Shown here one piece after another: positions 15,101 to 26,700 of a stretch of DNA of 64,000 bases. This DNA comes from Tubiluchus corallicola (lineage: Eukaryota; Animalia; Priapulida). The position numbers and the translations under genes were made by a program. Position 1 is the stretch's first letter. Every line of letters starts with the position of its first letter. The stretch lies in contig JAQGDQ010000025.1 in NCBI GenBank assembly GCA_030141605.1, positions 478,907-542,906 of the forward strand, read 5' to 3'. Under the pieces are notes generated by a model. That model was not told the DNA's origin, did no database searches, and saw nothing but the letters and a program-made list of their open reading frames with translations.

Positions 15101-16580
15101 TATAACACCCCCTTTGTAACGTCAACCTTGCTTAACGCCTAAATCTTTAGCGAAACAAAATTTCCATAATTCATGGACACACGTATTAATGTGCCTCGTT
15201 ATAATACCAAACTTGCTCAATGCCAACTTTTTTCCAGTCAGAAAGTGGGCAATACAAGGAGGTTTGACTGTAGCTACAACAGTAAAGCGGCGTTTACCGA
15301 AAATCTGGAATGTATTATCCATTACTGCACAAAAATCAATTAATATTGTTCACAATGACATTGTTCACAATGAGTTGTTACATTACACATAATTCACAGA
15401 GTTATTTACTTATGTTATGTATCACTCACATAATGCATTTACAGAGGTATTTCAGAATTTATCTCATGAGTTCGGGAACATAACAATTGGAAAGTTTAGT
15501 TTCATGGTTGACAAACTTGGGTACTTTTGTACTTGGGTACAAAATCTGCAAGTTTTTGAAAGCAATGATCTTCTAAGGACGGGTGCTAAATAAACCCTAA
15601 AGCGCTAATAAAAATGTCACAGTTGACGCATTCAAAAACTTTGTTTTAAACTGCATTTAGTATGAATCAAAATTAAATTCGCATTGTAAAAATTCCGTTA
15701 GTTTAATAAAGGCTGGCAAAGACAACATTGACTGATGGACCTTTAAGTTAAGGTGTACTTTAACGTCTAAAGGTCACAAGTGGACAAGTATGCAAGAACA
15801 ATTAAGTATAACATTACCATTGATAGCTAAAACTAGACTACATACACAAAACATACATTGTAAAATCGATTCATTGAATTCCAAAGATGCCATGGAAACA
15901 TGAAAGGCATTTTTCACAGTCTGATTGTAGCGCTTTCCTGCTTCCAAAATAACCCCTGTAAAATAAACAATAAAAATAAATATATTACCAATCATTGCCA
16001 AACTTACTAATGAGTGTGACAGCACTTCAATAATTTTTTATGAAAAATATATAGGCTTAGGTCAGCAGCTATAAGCAGATATGAAAACTATCGGACCATA
16101 TTTGCATGTCACACCTTTAAATAATGTGTCTTTCAGTCTTCAAGAAATTCACAAGAAACCACGTATTTCAACATTTTTCATCTGTCAGGGTCAGACTGTC
16201 TACATCTAAGAGTTTTAAGAGCTAGCTGAAGTTATTATTGATTCATTATTATGGATCGGCAGTGGAAGGAAGCCATACACCAATCTTTAAGAAAGGCAAG
16301 AAAGACAGCCCATGCAACTATAGTCTCATCACGTCAGCGTTACAAATATCTACTGCAAAGTTATGGAGTCCCTTCACTCCCTGGTTTGGGATTCATTGCT
16401 CCTACTGTAGTGACAGCAGCAACTTTATTTTCTGAAAATATTCCTCAGTTGGAAAATTGGCAGTGAAGATGTTAATTTAAGCTAAAAAAAGTTGCCTTTC
16501 TGTGGTACAGCCATACCGGTATGTCCTTTAAATAATAAATTTATAAGTCAGACATGCACAGAATACACACCCCAAAACAT
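2747..16580 (-). CDS. Nucleoplasmin-like (NPL) domain + acidic/basic linker + C-terminal FKBP peptidyl-prolyl isomerase (FKBP39/46-kDa FK506-binding nuclear protein-like), multi-exon
   Basis: Minus-strand GT-AG exons: 16571-16580 (MFWG), 15857-15955 ([24 protein letters not shown]), 14525-14701 ([34 protein letters not shown]), 13587-13652 (GTVHLTGF), which together form an NPL domain. Linker exons: 12656/12668-12808, 11833-11904, 11479-11513, 10176-10233, 9484-9543, ~8770-8895, ~7404-7461, 5964-6118 (junctions between 7461 and 8770 uncertain). FKBP exons: 4509-4625 ([22 protein letters not shown]), 4255-4384 ([37 protein letters not shown]), 3612-3660 ([16 protein letters not shown]), 2747-2825 ([25 protein letters not shown]). 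Confidence 0.93.
3921..4101. mobile_element. Tc1/mariner-pogo-type MITE (family copy 3, opposite orientation, one degenerate end)
   Basis: TA|CAGTCAAACCTCTTTATACC is the reverse complement of the right end of the 37947-38144 copy; poly-G at 4068-4080 corresponds to that copy's poly-C. Confidence 0.75.
7065..7116. repeat. Imperfect (CAT)n microsatellite
   Basis: Directly visible. Confidence 0.85.
8280..8392 (-). mobile_element. tRNA-derived SINE head
   Basis: Minus-strand A box TGGCCGAGTGG (8369-8379) and B box GGTTCAAATCC (8324-8334); downstream TTTTTCACATT..TTTTCAA is shared with the copy at ~17140-17250; no intact cloverleaf. Confidence 0.7.
10316..10525. repeat. (AATAT)n pentanucleotide microsatellite, ~40 units
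   Basis: Directly visible. Confidence 0.98.
15087..15270. mobile_element. Tc1/mariner-pogo-type MITE (family copy 1)
   Basis: TA|CAGTCAAACCTC ... GAGGTTTGACTG|TA: 12-bp TIR with TA TSD. Confidence 0.88.
16170..16375 (+). mobile_element. Decayed CR1/L2-type LINE reverse-transcriptase fragment in the first coding intron of the FKBP gene
   Basis: Frameshifted translation [45 protein letters not shown] matches the conserved GPDG.HPRVLKE / WK.A.V.PIFKKG....NYRPISLTS region preceding LINE RT domains. Confidence 0.8.
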
Positions 16581-16619
16581 TTTAGAGTAAACAAGCAAAT
16601 GCTAGGGTTTTAAGGTAAC

Positions 16620-16750
16620 ATAAAATTAATTCGCCGCGCTAAAAATTAAAACAATGAATACAAGCAAACTAGCGAGTTCGTTGCAGTGAATGAAGCATGG
16701 TACGTAAATCACGTGTCAAAATACGACGTTCTTTGCGCCACCTGCTGAGT
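16620..16750 (-). promoter_or_regulatory. Candidate promoter of the FKBP39-like gene
   Basis: CpG-rich patch immediately upstream of the ATG at 16580, containing an E-box CACGTG (16710-16715). Confidence 0.4.
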
Positions 16751-17139
16751 ATTTTAATCATTATTTTATCGGTCTTAACTGTATTTATATTACTTTATTA
16801 CATGTATATTATGCCCAGGTCTTCTGCTTATTTGTAGTGATAATTATAAAAATTAGCAATCTCTCTGAAACGTGCAAAAAAGGTAAATTTGCACTAAACG
16901 CAAGCTAATATATCCAACTATTTTCAATAACTCTGCTTTTTTACCTAAAAATTATTAACACTCATGTCCAGTTATGCATATAAAGAATATATATTTAGCA
17001 GAAATTCGCAGGATGCAAAATCGCGAAAATGCATAAAATGAATTTAATTGGTATGTAATTACTCTAGAATGATAATATTTGGGAATGTTCATCTGGTAGC
17101 AAACTTTGGTCATAATAAAATAAATATATGATAAGATAA

Positions 17140-17250
17140 TAAGGGCTTGTGTGGTACTGTTTTCAAGGCATTGTAATCCAAAGGTTTCTGGTTCAAATCC
17201 AGACTAGTCGTATATTTTTCACATTTCCTTCTTTTCAATCAAGTTTGATC
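17140..17250 (+). mobile_element. tRNA-derived SINE fragment (same family as 8280-8392)
   Basis: B box GGTTCAAATCC (17190-17200) followed by AG..TTTTTCACATTTCC..TTTTCAA. Confidence 0.6.
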
Positions 17251-17399
17251 TAAAAGCTTTATAGTTTGGGATTCCTTGCATTTTAATGGATCACCTTGAA
17301 TTAATTTTAGACATTAAAATTAATCATAAGTTACTGATAAATTTTGATACCAGAATTAGTTGGTCAGGTCTTTGCATCAAACCTACAATCTCTAGATTT

Positions 17400-17606
17400 T
17401 CCTTTTGAAGGTATTCTTGTCTGTCTGTCTGTCTGTCTGTCCGTACAATAAAATCAAAAACGAATGTTGCTATAATTGTGTCTGTACCCTCAAACCTAGA
17501 ACATAGGGACAGAAGCTGGCAATCCATTCGTTTGGGGTTCGAAAGGTTAAAAGCAAAAGCTACAAGCTCAACAAATGAAAAACACTTAAAAAACTAAAAT
17601 GGATGA

Positions 17607-17641
<35 letters not shown>

Positions 17642-17680
17642 CGTAAAACTATGCTGGGCGCAGCGATTGGTCTGGGTTAC
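17400..17680 (+). mobile_element. Possible Helentron-associated non-autonomous element (HINE-like), degenerate
   Basis: (GTCT)n-GTCC tract at 17419-17442, then TTTGGGGTTCGAAAGGTTAAAAG resembling the GGGGTCAAAGGTCA core of such elements; (TA)n inside. Confidence 0.35.
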
Positions 17681-18640
17681 ACCAGAAATCCCATTGCTTT
17701 TTATTCAGAACCTCAAAGGTCAAAGCCACTATACAAAAAATTATCAAAATAATTTTTTGCCCATAATAATTCGTGACAGCGCGTGGATCTTCAACTCCAT
17801 TGAGTCCTGCGCGGTATGGGTACTAATAGACATTGCTCAGCTTACACATTTCAACTGTTTGTTATGCTACGAATATGTTTTGTTTAGAATTTTATTAGAC
17901 GTCAGCCTTCATACTAATATAGATGGCTTTGGCGAGGCAAAAAAAACTAAGGTCTATAGTTACGGACGATATGACTCAAATTAAAATTAGAACTTTCAAA
18001 ATAATTTTTCCTGGTTATAATTGTAATTTAAAAATTATTCCGTGGAAAATTTTTTTGGCATATATACTATGTTGAAAACGGTAAATATAATTTTCATAAG
18101 GCCTATGTACGAGTATTCGGTTACGTTCTCGCAAAACTTCTGGATATAGGCCTATTTTTAAGTAAAAAAAGGCAGAAAATATACTGCTGCATATTTTCTC
18201 TGGCTAATTTTCTCCTCAAGTTAACTCGCCACGTAACTCGCAAGGAAGTTCAGCGTAGATAGTGACAGTAACTCGCAAAACAGCTCACATTTGCTGGTTT
18301 GCTGTCAGAGAAGACTCGCTACTCTGAAAGCGCCGTAAGACTTATAACCAACAGCTATAGATAGTGTGTATGTATAATTCCTACGTACAAACAGATATTT
18401 TATTTTAAGAAAGTTTACAACAATGAACATTCGATGTATAACGAATCAAAATAAATCCTGTCATACGCTACGTCCTAATAAGTAAACAATAAACAGACGC
18501 GAATTAATGAGATCAGTAACCCAACGACGCTTGTTAGTCAGCGTAAGCGTAAATGTATTTAAAAATTTGTTTATATAAGCCTTGTTTCATCACTTCAAGA
18601 TTTTCGCGCATGTAATTTTTATGTAATACGTGGTGTTTTC

Positions 18641-18807
18641 CTAGCATCCGGCATTATGCGTTATTCACCTGCGGAATAAAAAAGCAATAAAAAATAGTTG
18701 CAGAAAAAAACGCATAACGCAGGTCCTATAAATGGGTGCACTGAACACAATATAAACCGATTTCATCTATTCCGCACCCCATAACGCATGCGCATTCCGG
18801 ATGCTAG
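18641..18807. mobile_element. Short palindromic MITE-like element
   Basis: TIR CTAGCATCCGG / CCGGATGCTAG plus inner inverted blocks ATGCGTTAT/ATAACGCAT and GCGGAATA/TATTCCGC. Confidence 0.75.
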
Positions 18808-19399
18808 ATAAACGCTACTCTATATTTTAAAAATGTTGCAGTTGCAGACGGCAAAACGGGATAAGGACTAACTACACGTCTATACTTAAAGCGATTATGA
18901 CGCAGCCTTAGGCGCCTTTTAATGTAGCTGAAGTACCATAAACTTGACGGCCTTGAGTCTCTGAGCGAAGTGTGAAGCCTTGGAAAAATAATCAAGTCTA
19001 ATTAACAGCAGCTTTTTACGCGTAGATAAATTAACATAGGTTTCACATGTAATTCTGCGACTTACATCGGCACTTACAACGACACTTGTGACGTTTTATT
19101 TCAGTTTTGTCGTGTTTCGTCAAAAATTATTAATTTGGTGCAGAAAAATTAGCAAAATAGGCGTATTGGCTTAGCTAGGATAAGTCCTTGGATAAGCCAA
19201 GCATACAGGCGACCTGGAAGTATATGTAACAGAAACAATTAAACGCCACGAGGCATTGACTCAACCACATAACTAAAGAATGTTATTAATAACAAATTTA
19301 GTTTATTAACGGTTAGAATAACTGTTTCTGGAAGACGCTTGTGAGAAGACAATAGGAAAACGTATGGCGCTCAAGTTTTACAAGCAAATGGCTGCATTA

Positions 19400-19741
19400 G
19401 TGATTGCGGTTAGACCTATGTGATTGCGGTTAGACCTACACTGCAGCACCTCTGTGACTTGATAAAGGAAACTTTACTTCACAAAATTAGTAGCTGTGAT
19501 GGTAGTGGTATTATTAGCATAGCAGCAGCAACAACAGCACGCACAGTAAGCAGTAGTAACATAGTTTCAGTAGCCTTAGTGATTGGGGTTAGACCTACAC
19601 TGCAGCACCTCTGTGACTTGATAAAGGAAACTTTACTTCGCAAATTAGTAGCTGTGATGGTAATGGGTTGTGGTATTATTAGAAGCAGCAGCAGCAACAA
19701 CAGCACGCACAGTATGCAGTAGTAACATAGTTTCAGTAGCA
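19400..19741 (+). repeat. Tandem duplication, ~159-bp unit x2, plus a leading 20-bp duplication
   Basis: GTGATTG(C/G)GGTTAGACCTACACTGCAGCACCTCTGTGACTTGATAAAGGAAAC... starts at 19420 and 19579; GTGATTGCGGTTAGACCTA also at 19400. Confidence 0.92.
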
Positions 19742-20653
19742 ATACATGTACATTGGTTGTAGCATAATGGTATGACTATAAAATACATATATGGAAGATT
19801 GGAAACTGGAAGATTAACTTTGTGAATAGATAACAGTAATTTTCCCAGGCTAGAATCGAGATGTGAACCTTTTGTGAAGCTTGACACTCATCGCTGGACG
19901 ATTACAGTTTTTTTTAATGCACATGTAAATATAGTGTGGAGCATAATGGAATATTCCATTTACTGTAACACAAATTTTTTCACAGTACTTTTATAAAGAG
20001 ATTTGATAAAAATTTGTTTTTGTCGTTTTTTTGTTGTACTAAGTCCAAAATGTGTATGTGTACATGCAGTACTTCAGTCGCACAGGTATGTACACTAGCT
20101 AAGCTATATGCAGCCACACACAGATGGATATTATTAACATTTTTCACACGTACATTTAATTGAATTTACGCGTAGTTGAAAAATGACTGTCTAGTGGCCT
20201 TTAATTAATTATTAATCACACACTAGATTCTGTAAACTTATAAGTTTAGTAGATAGCGTTGCAAACATCACGACAGCAAGCGTATGTAACATGCATGGGG
20301 ACCTTGCATCTTACCATTCTTGTAATTTACTATTTATCAATGAACTACTTAGAAAATAAAGCATAAAGTTGTCAGAAAAAAGAAAAGATGAACCAAATCA
20401 TTGCCCAGCTCTTCTCCCGGGGCACGAGAGTTTGATCCCTATCAGCTTTTACGCATCTTTACACAGGTATTTATACCTGCATATAATCTTAAAGGTAAAA
20501 TGCAAAGAAAAACTCCACAAGAAAATCTGAATCTTGTGAGAATGAGAACAAGTTTAAAGACGTGTTGAGCAGTGCACGATCTAAACACGTGTAAAGCCAA
20601 ATGAAAATGCGTTAAGATAAACCAATACACACTTAATCAGGGCCCCACTTGGT

Positions 20654-21101
20654 CAGGGTCGGATTATCCTGTAGGCTAGTACAGGCTGCGGCTTAGGGCC
20701 CCTCAAACTTGGGGAGCCACAAGCTTGACAGGCACTCTTCAAAGACTTTCAAATTATATATAATTTTTTTTGGAAAAAGCAGTATGTTTTAATTTTTACT
20801 GAATAATTTACTGAATAATTCATTTAACTGAAAAAAATTTCAACTTCGAAAAAGGAGGACCAAAAATCTGAATACCCCATTTTAAAAAGTCGCCCTTCTT
20901 TGTGGTCCCTTCGTTTGAGATAAACAGTCCGTGTATGAGGCCTTTTACTTGAGATAAGTGGCTCCACTTACGGGCCCTAGTTGCAAATCATGAGGCCTAG
21001 TCGATGTTTATCATTTTACGGGCGAGTTAGAGAGTGGCTCCATCTGAGGGGGCGCATAATTTCACTAGCCTAGTGGTCCCAAAACGTCATAATCCGACCT
21101 G
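20654..21101. mobile_element. hAT-type MITE
   Basis: TIRs CAGGGTCGGATTA / TAATCCGACCTG; perfect 8-bp TSD CACTTGGT (20646-20653 and 21102-21109); no ORF. Confidence 0.9.
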
Positions 21102-21563
21102 CACTTGGTAGGAAAGTAAACCATTGATATAAACTACACAAAGAAAATGTAGGAAATATAAAACGGGAGGTAATTATACAATTACACTAATAAATCTCAG
21201 TTCTCTATAATCATCTTCGTACAATTTCTGCTTTTTTTGTTCAACCTAACGTGTTTATAGGGCTCCCCATTCATAAGTCATGTAAAAACAATATTTGAAC
21301 ACAGTGAGAAGCACTCTATAAACAAAAGCTTTTGAACTACATGCCGCCATTCACATTGTCTCTAATACAATATGCATTCATCATTAATTTCAATTATTAA
21401 TACTTTCATAACAAACTCATAGTATAAACTGAGAAGATACGTCAATAGCACATCAAAAACTAATTAATCATAGTCTGACAGTTTGAAATCACAACTTTAC
21501 GGTGGTACAGCAGTTACAATGGTAATAATTTCTGTCTAATGAAGAAGATTACTATGTTGTAAC

Positions 21564-22165
21564 CAGTGGCGGCTCGTAGCCAAAATTAGTGGGTCTGCTG
21601 CTTCAGAAAATTATTGGCCATTGTTTTAATACTGTGTAAAACGTAACAAACATATGTAATTTTAATGTTGTAGTTATATTTGAAGATCGAGTGCTGAACG
21701 GCCTCTTAACTGCAACTTTCTCATGGACAGAGAACTGTGAAGATTTAAGCTGTTGTAATTCACTTGCAGTCACAGAACATATTTCCTGGGGATGCAAGGC
21801 GTCCATTATTAAATAATTTCTGTTTTAAGCGCACATGCTAAGTTTACATTTCATCACATCCAAGAATATGACGGTGCATGGTAAGCACGTGGCAATTGTT
21901 AATGTGAATAGACACAGTACTTTTCTATCTAGCAGCAGACGATACCATACAATGTGTTATCTAAGACATGAGTGCATGGCCGCATGGGCACAATAGCCAA
22001 AAACCATGTTGTTTAGGCTGTGAAGCAAACAGTACTTCCCTAAAGTGCTCTGGTTATGTACAAGTATAAAAAAAACTAAAGAAAAAAGACGTATTATATT
22101 GATATTATCGATAATAATGAATGAAAACAGGAGGTGCTGCAGTACCAATACACGAGCCGCCACTG
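21564..22165. mobile_element. hAT-type non-autonomous element
   Basis: Perfect 14-bp TIR CAGTGGCGGCTCGT / ACGAGCCGCCACTG; 8-bp TSD GTTGTAAC / GTTGCAAC (7/8). Confidence 0.9.
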
Positions 22166-23748
22166 GTTGCAACACTCATTTTGCTAAAGTGTGCGAACAT
22201 TACATTACAGAGTAAATGCAGTACAAAATAAAGCAATCAATACTTGGAATACAAAACAAATATCAGAAAAATCATTATCAAATCCTATATACACTGTATT
22301 GATACTATTAATGAAATTCATCTATTATACAACAACATTTTTCTTGAATCAACTAAAATCAAATAAGCCATGAACATTTTACATGCTGGTCGTAATAGCA
22401 AAGATATTTTTGGTCAGGCGCAAATAATGATGTCGTCTAAACCAATTTTGGCCAACTTTTTTGACAACTTTGACTTGCCCACCATTTGTGTTCATGCAAC
22501 AAGGTTAAGAATGTGAACTTACTACCATATATAGCATTTACAAAACGTGTTTATAATAGTCAAGGCTGTTTTTATGAATTCTTCAATGAGTAGTATTACG
22601 ACCAACCTGTAAGTTCAACCATCCTGACTTATAACTTCCAAATGACAAAGGATTGTATTTCAACTTACATTACAAATTTTTCACGAGCAACATTTTAACA
22701 TATATTGTAAAGGTAGACAAATATTTAGACACACTCTATTGAACTTCAATACTATAGAAAAAATTCCTATTTTAATTTGCCAAGGTATTAAAATTAACTT
22801 TTAGCCACTTAAGATTAAAGTTACGCAGCCTTGTTTCGAAGGTTAAACCGAGGTCAACTCACCTAAAACTGACATGGCATTCGGCGATCTACCACTGTAA
22901 CTATTATACAAGTGTACAAATGCTAAATAAAACACAATGTTTTGGAAAAAGCGGTCTTTCTGTATCACTGTTCGAATTCATGTTGTCCCATCCATACCGT
23001 TTTCTGAAACAATAGTTAATAATTTATAAGAGAAAATGGAAATTAACACAAAATGTTACAATATCGACAATTTGGAGAAGCTGTAACACTGCAAAAACAG
23101 TTAATGGAATATCACTACAATACTATCTGTCAATTAAGACAAAGCAACCAACTTCTTTCAAAGACAAAGTAAGAGAATAATGACTAAACTGTTAATACGA
23201 GTAATTTCTAGCAGTAAGACATGGTAAAATGAAAGTATAAGAAAGTCTGTACGATCTTCATCTTGATTTGTCTTACAATGAGGTGACAAACTGCACAAAA
23301 TACACCACACATTTCTAAATCGTCTGCTGTGTACCTTTCTAGTAACATGTTTGGAGGAATGTTAATTTTGCGTCAAATTCTGATACATTCGCTATAGCGT
23401 AACATACAATTACAATAATACGCAGAAAAGGCTCAGTTAGCGTACAACAATCTATTATTGATGATAATTTGCACTCATTTAGCTACGATCACAAACAAAC
23501 AGCAGTAATATCTGCATAAATGCACCTCTTTGGAGAACTATGTGTAATGGTTACATTACAATAACAATAGCTTACAAATACTTGTTCAGACTAACATGCT
23601 GCTTAATCTAAACATCTTGCTTAAAACCACGTGATCTCACTACCTGACCTTTCCATCTTGAAATATAAAAACCAAACAACTATATGTTATTGCGACAAGA
23701 GCTAATAATCAATAAAGCAGTTAGTGATAAAAGTCTACCTGCACGGTA

Positions 23749-26700
23749 CTAATAAAATGGTTGCCTTGGGGGTCGCCGACCCCAACCGCGGGAAAAGTGC
23801 TTTGGTGGAGCATTGCGATACTCATTGAATTGATTGTAGTCTCTATTTTCGTATCTACTACCTGGCTCGTACCAGTCTCTAGGGTGACCACCATATGAGC
23901 CATCATTACCGTATGGCCTGTCAACGTATGTATCCCTATTGTAGTCATTACGATGATCATAAAACCTATGACTGGGCAATGGTGGAGGCGCTGTCCGACT
24001 GTCACCATGCGCTGAAGCATGAGGCAATGGTATTTCAGCACGCACATTCGCTTGCATATCACCTGTGGGTCTGGTTCCACCACCTTGCAGCCAACTGTCT
24101 TTTGGTGGAGGTACACCCGGCCTGCTGTTGAACGGCGTGGTCACTGACCACTCCGGTTCGACAACACCTTCGTCAACTTGCCAATTTTGCTCCGGTGAGG
24201 AAATTTTCGTAAAAAATTCTTCAGATTTGTTACTATTACTGGACTGGTTCCAGTTCTGTTCAATGTCGGGTTTGACGGGAGGAGCACCCGACTTCGACTT
24301 TTGCTTCAATTTTTCCAAGAATGCTTCATGTTCATCCATCACTGGTTTAGGAGGGGGATGATGAGGGGGTGGTGGACCAGCAGGCCTTGCTGGTGGCGGT
24401 ATGGGAGGAGGCTTGGGCACATGCAAAGGTGGAGGTTCAAGCAGCATCCCCTGAGGGGTGACCACATTCGTGATGACAGAAATGGGCGAAGGTGGTTCAT
24501 CTTCTGTGGGAGTTAAAGCACTGGCACTGGACTCTGTGTATTGTTGAGTATATGGAGGCATTGCTGAAGCAGCTTGGGTTTCAGGAGGTGGTGGTGGGGG
24601 CTGTGATACTGCAGGGTGTGGTGGCGGAGGTTGTGATATTACGGGATACGGATTGGGGGGCATAGGTGTGGGATTACCGTAAGGACTGATTAATAAGTTG
24701 GGATCTGGAGTTTGTTTTACAACTGGTATAGGGGGTGGCACCGTGGGTGGTAGGGAGTGTTTTGCCACTCCAGCAGGAACCTGATTTGTACGATCGCTTC
24801 CAATACCAGCGTCTGAAAATTCATTGAAGCCTGGGTCTAGAAAGGTCGATTCGCTTTCGGCTGCACTCTTTTCCAGATTAGTTTTTGCTGCATGAGTCAA
24901 TTGTTGCAAATTATGCAGGAAGTTGTCAGTACCCTGACTCTTCCCTTTTGCAGAATTAACGATTCCCGTTAGAAAGTCCATTGGGTTTTGAGACGAAGGG
25001 TGTGCAACCTCCTCGGGTAGGCTCATATCATCTTCCATCGGCTCGTCTCGCACAGGTGTACTAGCTTCTGCCTCATCTACTGAAACTGCCCAGTCAGGCT
25101 GTAAAACAGGTGGTGCTGCCGGTGCAGCTTCATTTGGTGCATCTGTCCGCTCCATATAGAACCCAGATACCTAAAAATAACACAAATCTTGAAAGATTGC
25201 ATAAAGTTAAATATCTCAATGTCAGCATCTTGGCAATATCTGTGTAAACACGCTTTCGGAGACAGAATTTAGAAATGAATGAACAAAAAAAACTAATAAT
25301 ATTATTCATGCAACTGACGTATAGATATTCCCACCTGTGGTGGTGCCCCCATGTTTAAACCTCCACTGGCTACAACACTCGACTGAAACTCCTCAAGTCT
25401 TTTTTCCAAACTATCAGTGTGTCCTAAACAAGAAAAAGCTCAATTAGTCAAAGCTGGTTTGTTGCACAGTTTGATGCTCTGCAAGTTGATGTTTGGCCCT
25501 CAATGACAGATTCTTTTAATGTAGATGTTGAAGAAGGATCAGAAATTAGCTCATTACCCAAGGGTAATCCAGTAAGAGAAAGTATTGAAATGGCAAATGT
25601 GTCAGATACACTAGAGTAAAGTTGGCCAAAAGCACTTTCCAAAGGCCACTCATTCAGTCACTAATTAGATTTAGTATTGTTTAATTTTAGTCACCGTAAA
25701 TGCACAGTGACAACTCGGCTTTTCATTAAGGGAGAAGGCACACAGAAACATAATGATAGGGAGGCACACAAATGTAAGAATAAAATGAGCTATAATTTGC
25801 TTTAATTTATAGTAAACACATTTAATTTAATTATGACTTTCTTGAGAGCACATGAATTACTCGAGATTATTATTAATATGAGAGCACGTACTAATGGAAC
25901 ACAATAATTATTCAAGTTGTATGAACAAGCAACAGTTATGTGGAAATGGGGAAAAATTCTTGAGGTAGTCCATAATTTACATTTATAACAGTCAGGAGAC
26001 ATCATGTCAAATTAATATTTAACGTAAAGCTAGGAAAGTAATATAAACACACAGTGACAGAATAGGTAACGCTGTGTAAGTTGATATTAATGTCATCTGT
26101 ATGTCTAATCTGGCTTTGACGATACAGCTCCACGCAAGTAGTCATATTAGACAAATAACATAAGTCAGAGCAAAGTGATAACACATCTAAGTTTCAATAG
26201 AGAAAATTTTAAAGTAAAAACAACCTATATGTATTAGGTCTGATATACTGCTTGTTATACGTTCACATAAATGTACAGAATCTGTCAGCTTTCCTATTTA
26301 TTATATTAGTTCATTATCTGACCAATACTTGAGAACTGATTGTTTATTGCACACATTACTAATAACTCTTACAATAATTTTTGATAGTGAGAATATCCCA
26401 AGTTTTTCAACAAAAATAGGATTATTTAACTTGAAACAGCATAAAGGCAAAGCAGTATGTGACATAATAGTCTGCATAGCTGATTTGCTATTATGATACA
26501 GAAGATATGATTTCGAGCCCCACAACCTCATTGGAAAAATAAAGAAATTGAGGCTTTCGGTTACTTAAAGTATTTCACTTGCACTCAGCTATAAGTTTGC
26601 ATAGGATGGGTAAAAATTATTGAAACTATTCAGCCTTAAAACAAACCAAGTAGGCTTATCATTTGACACGTGAACTTTTATAATCAAATGTTATTTTCAT

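Noticed and set aside
19400-19741. CRISPR-like array, or coding ORFs 19420-19722 and 19479-19742
   Set aside because: Eukaryotic context; a plain tandem duplication without unique spacers; the ORFs are low-complexity by-products.
23721-24516. Overlapping alternative-frame and antisense ORFs within the last RPRD2-like exon
   Set aside because: Expected shadow ORFs of a GC-rich, Pro-rich coding exon.
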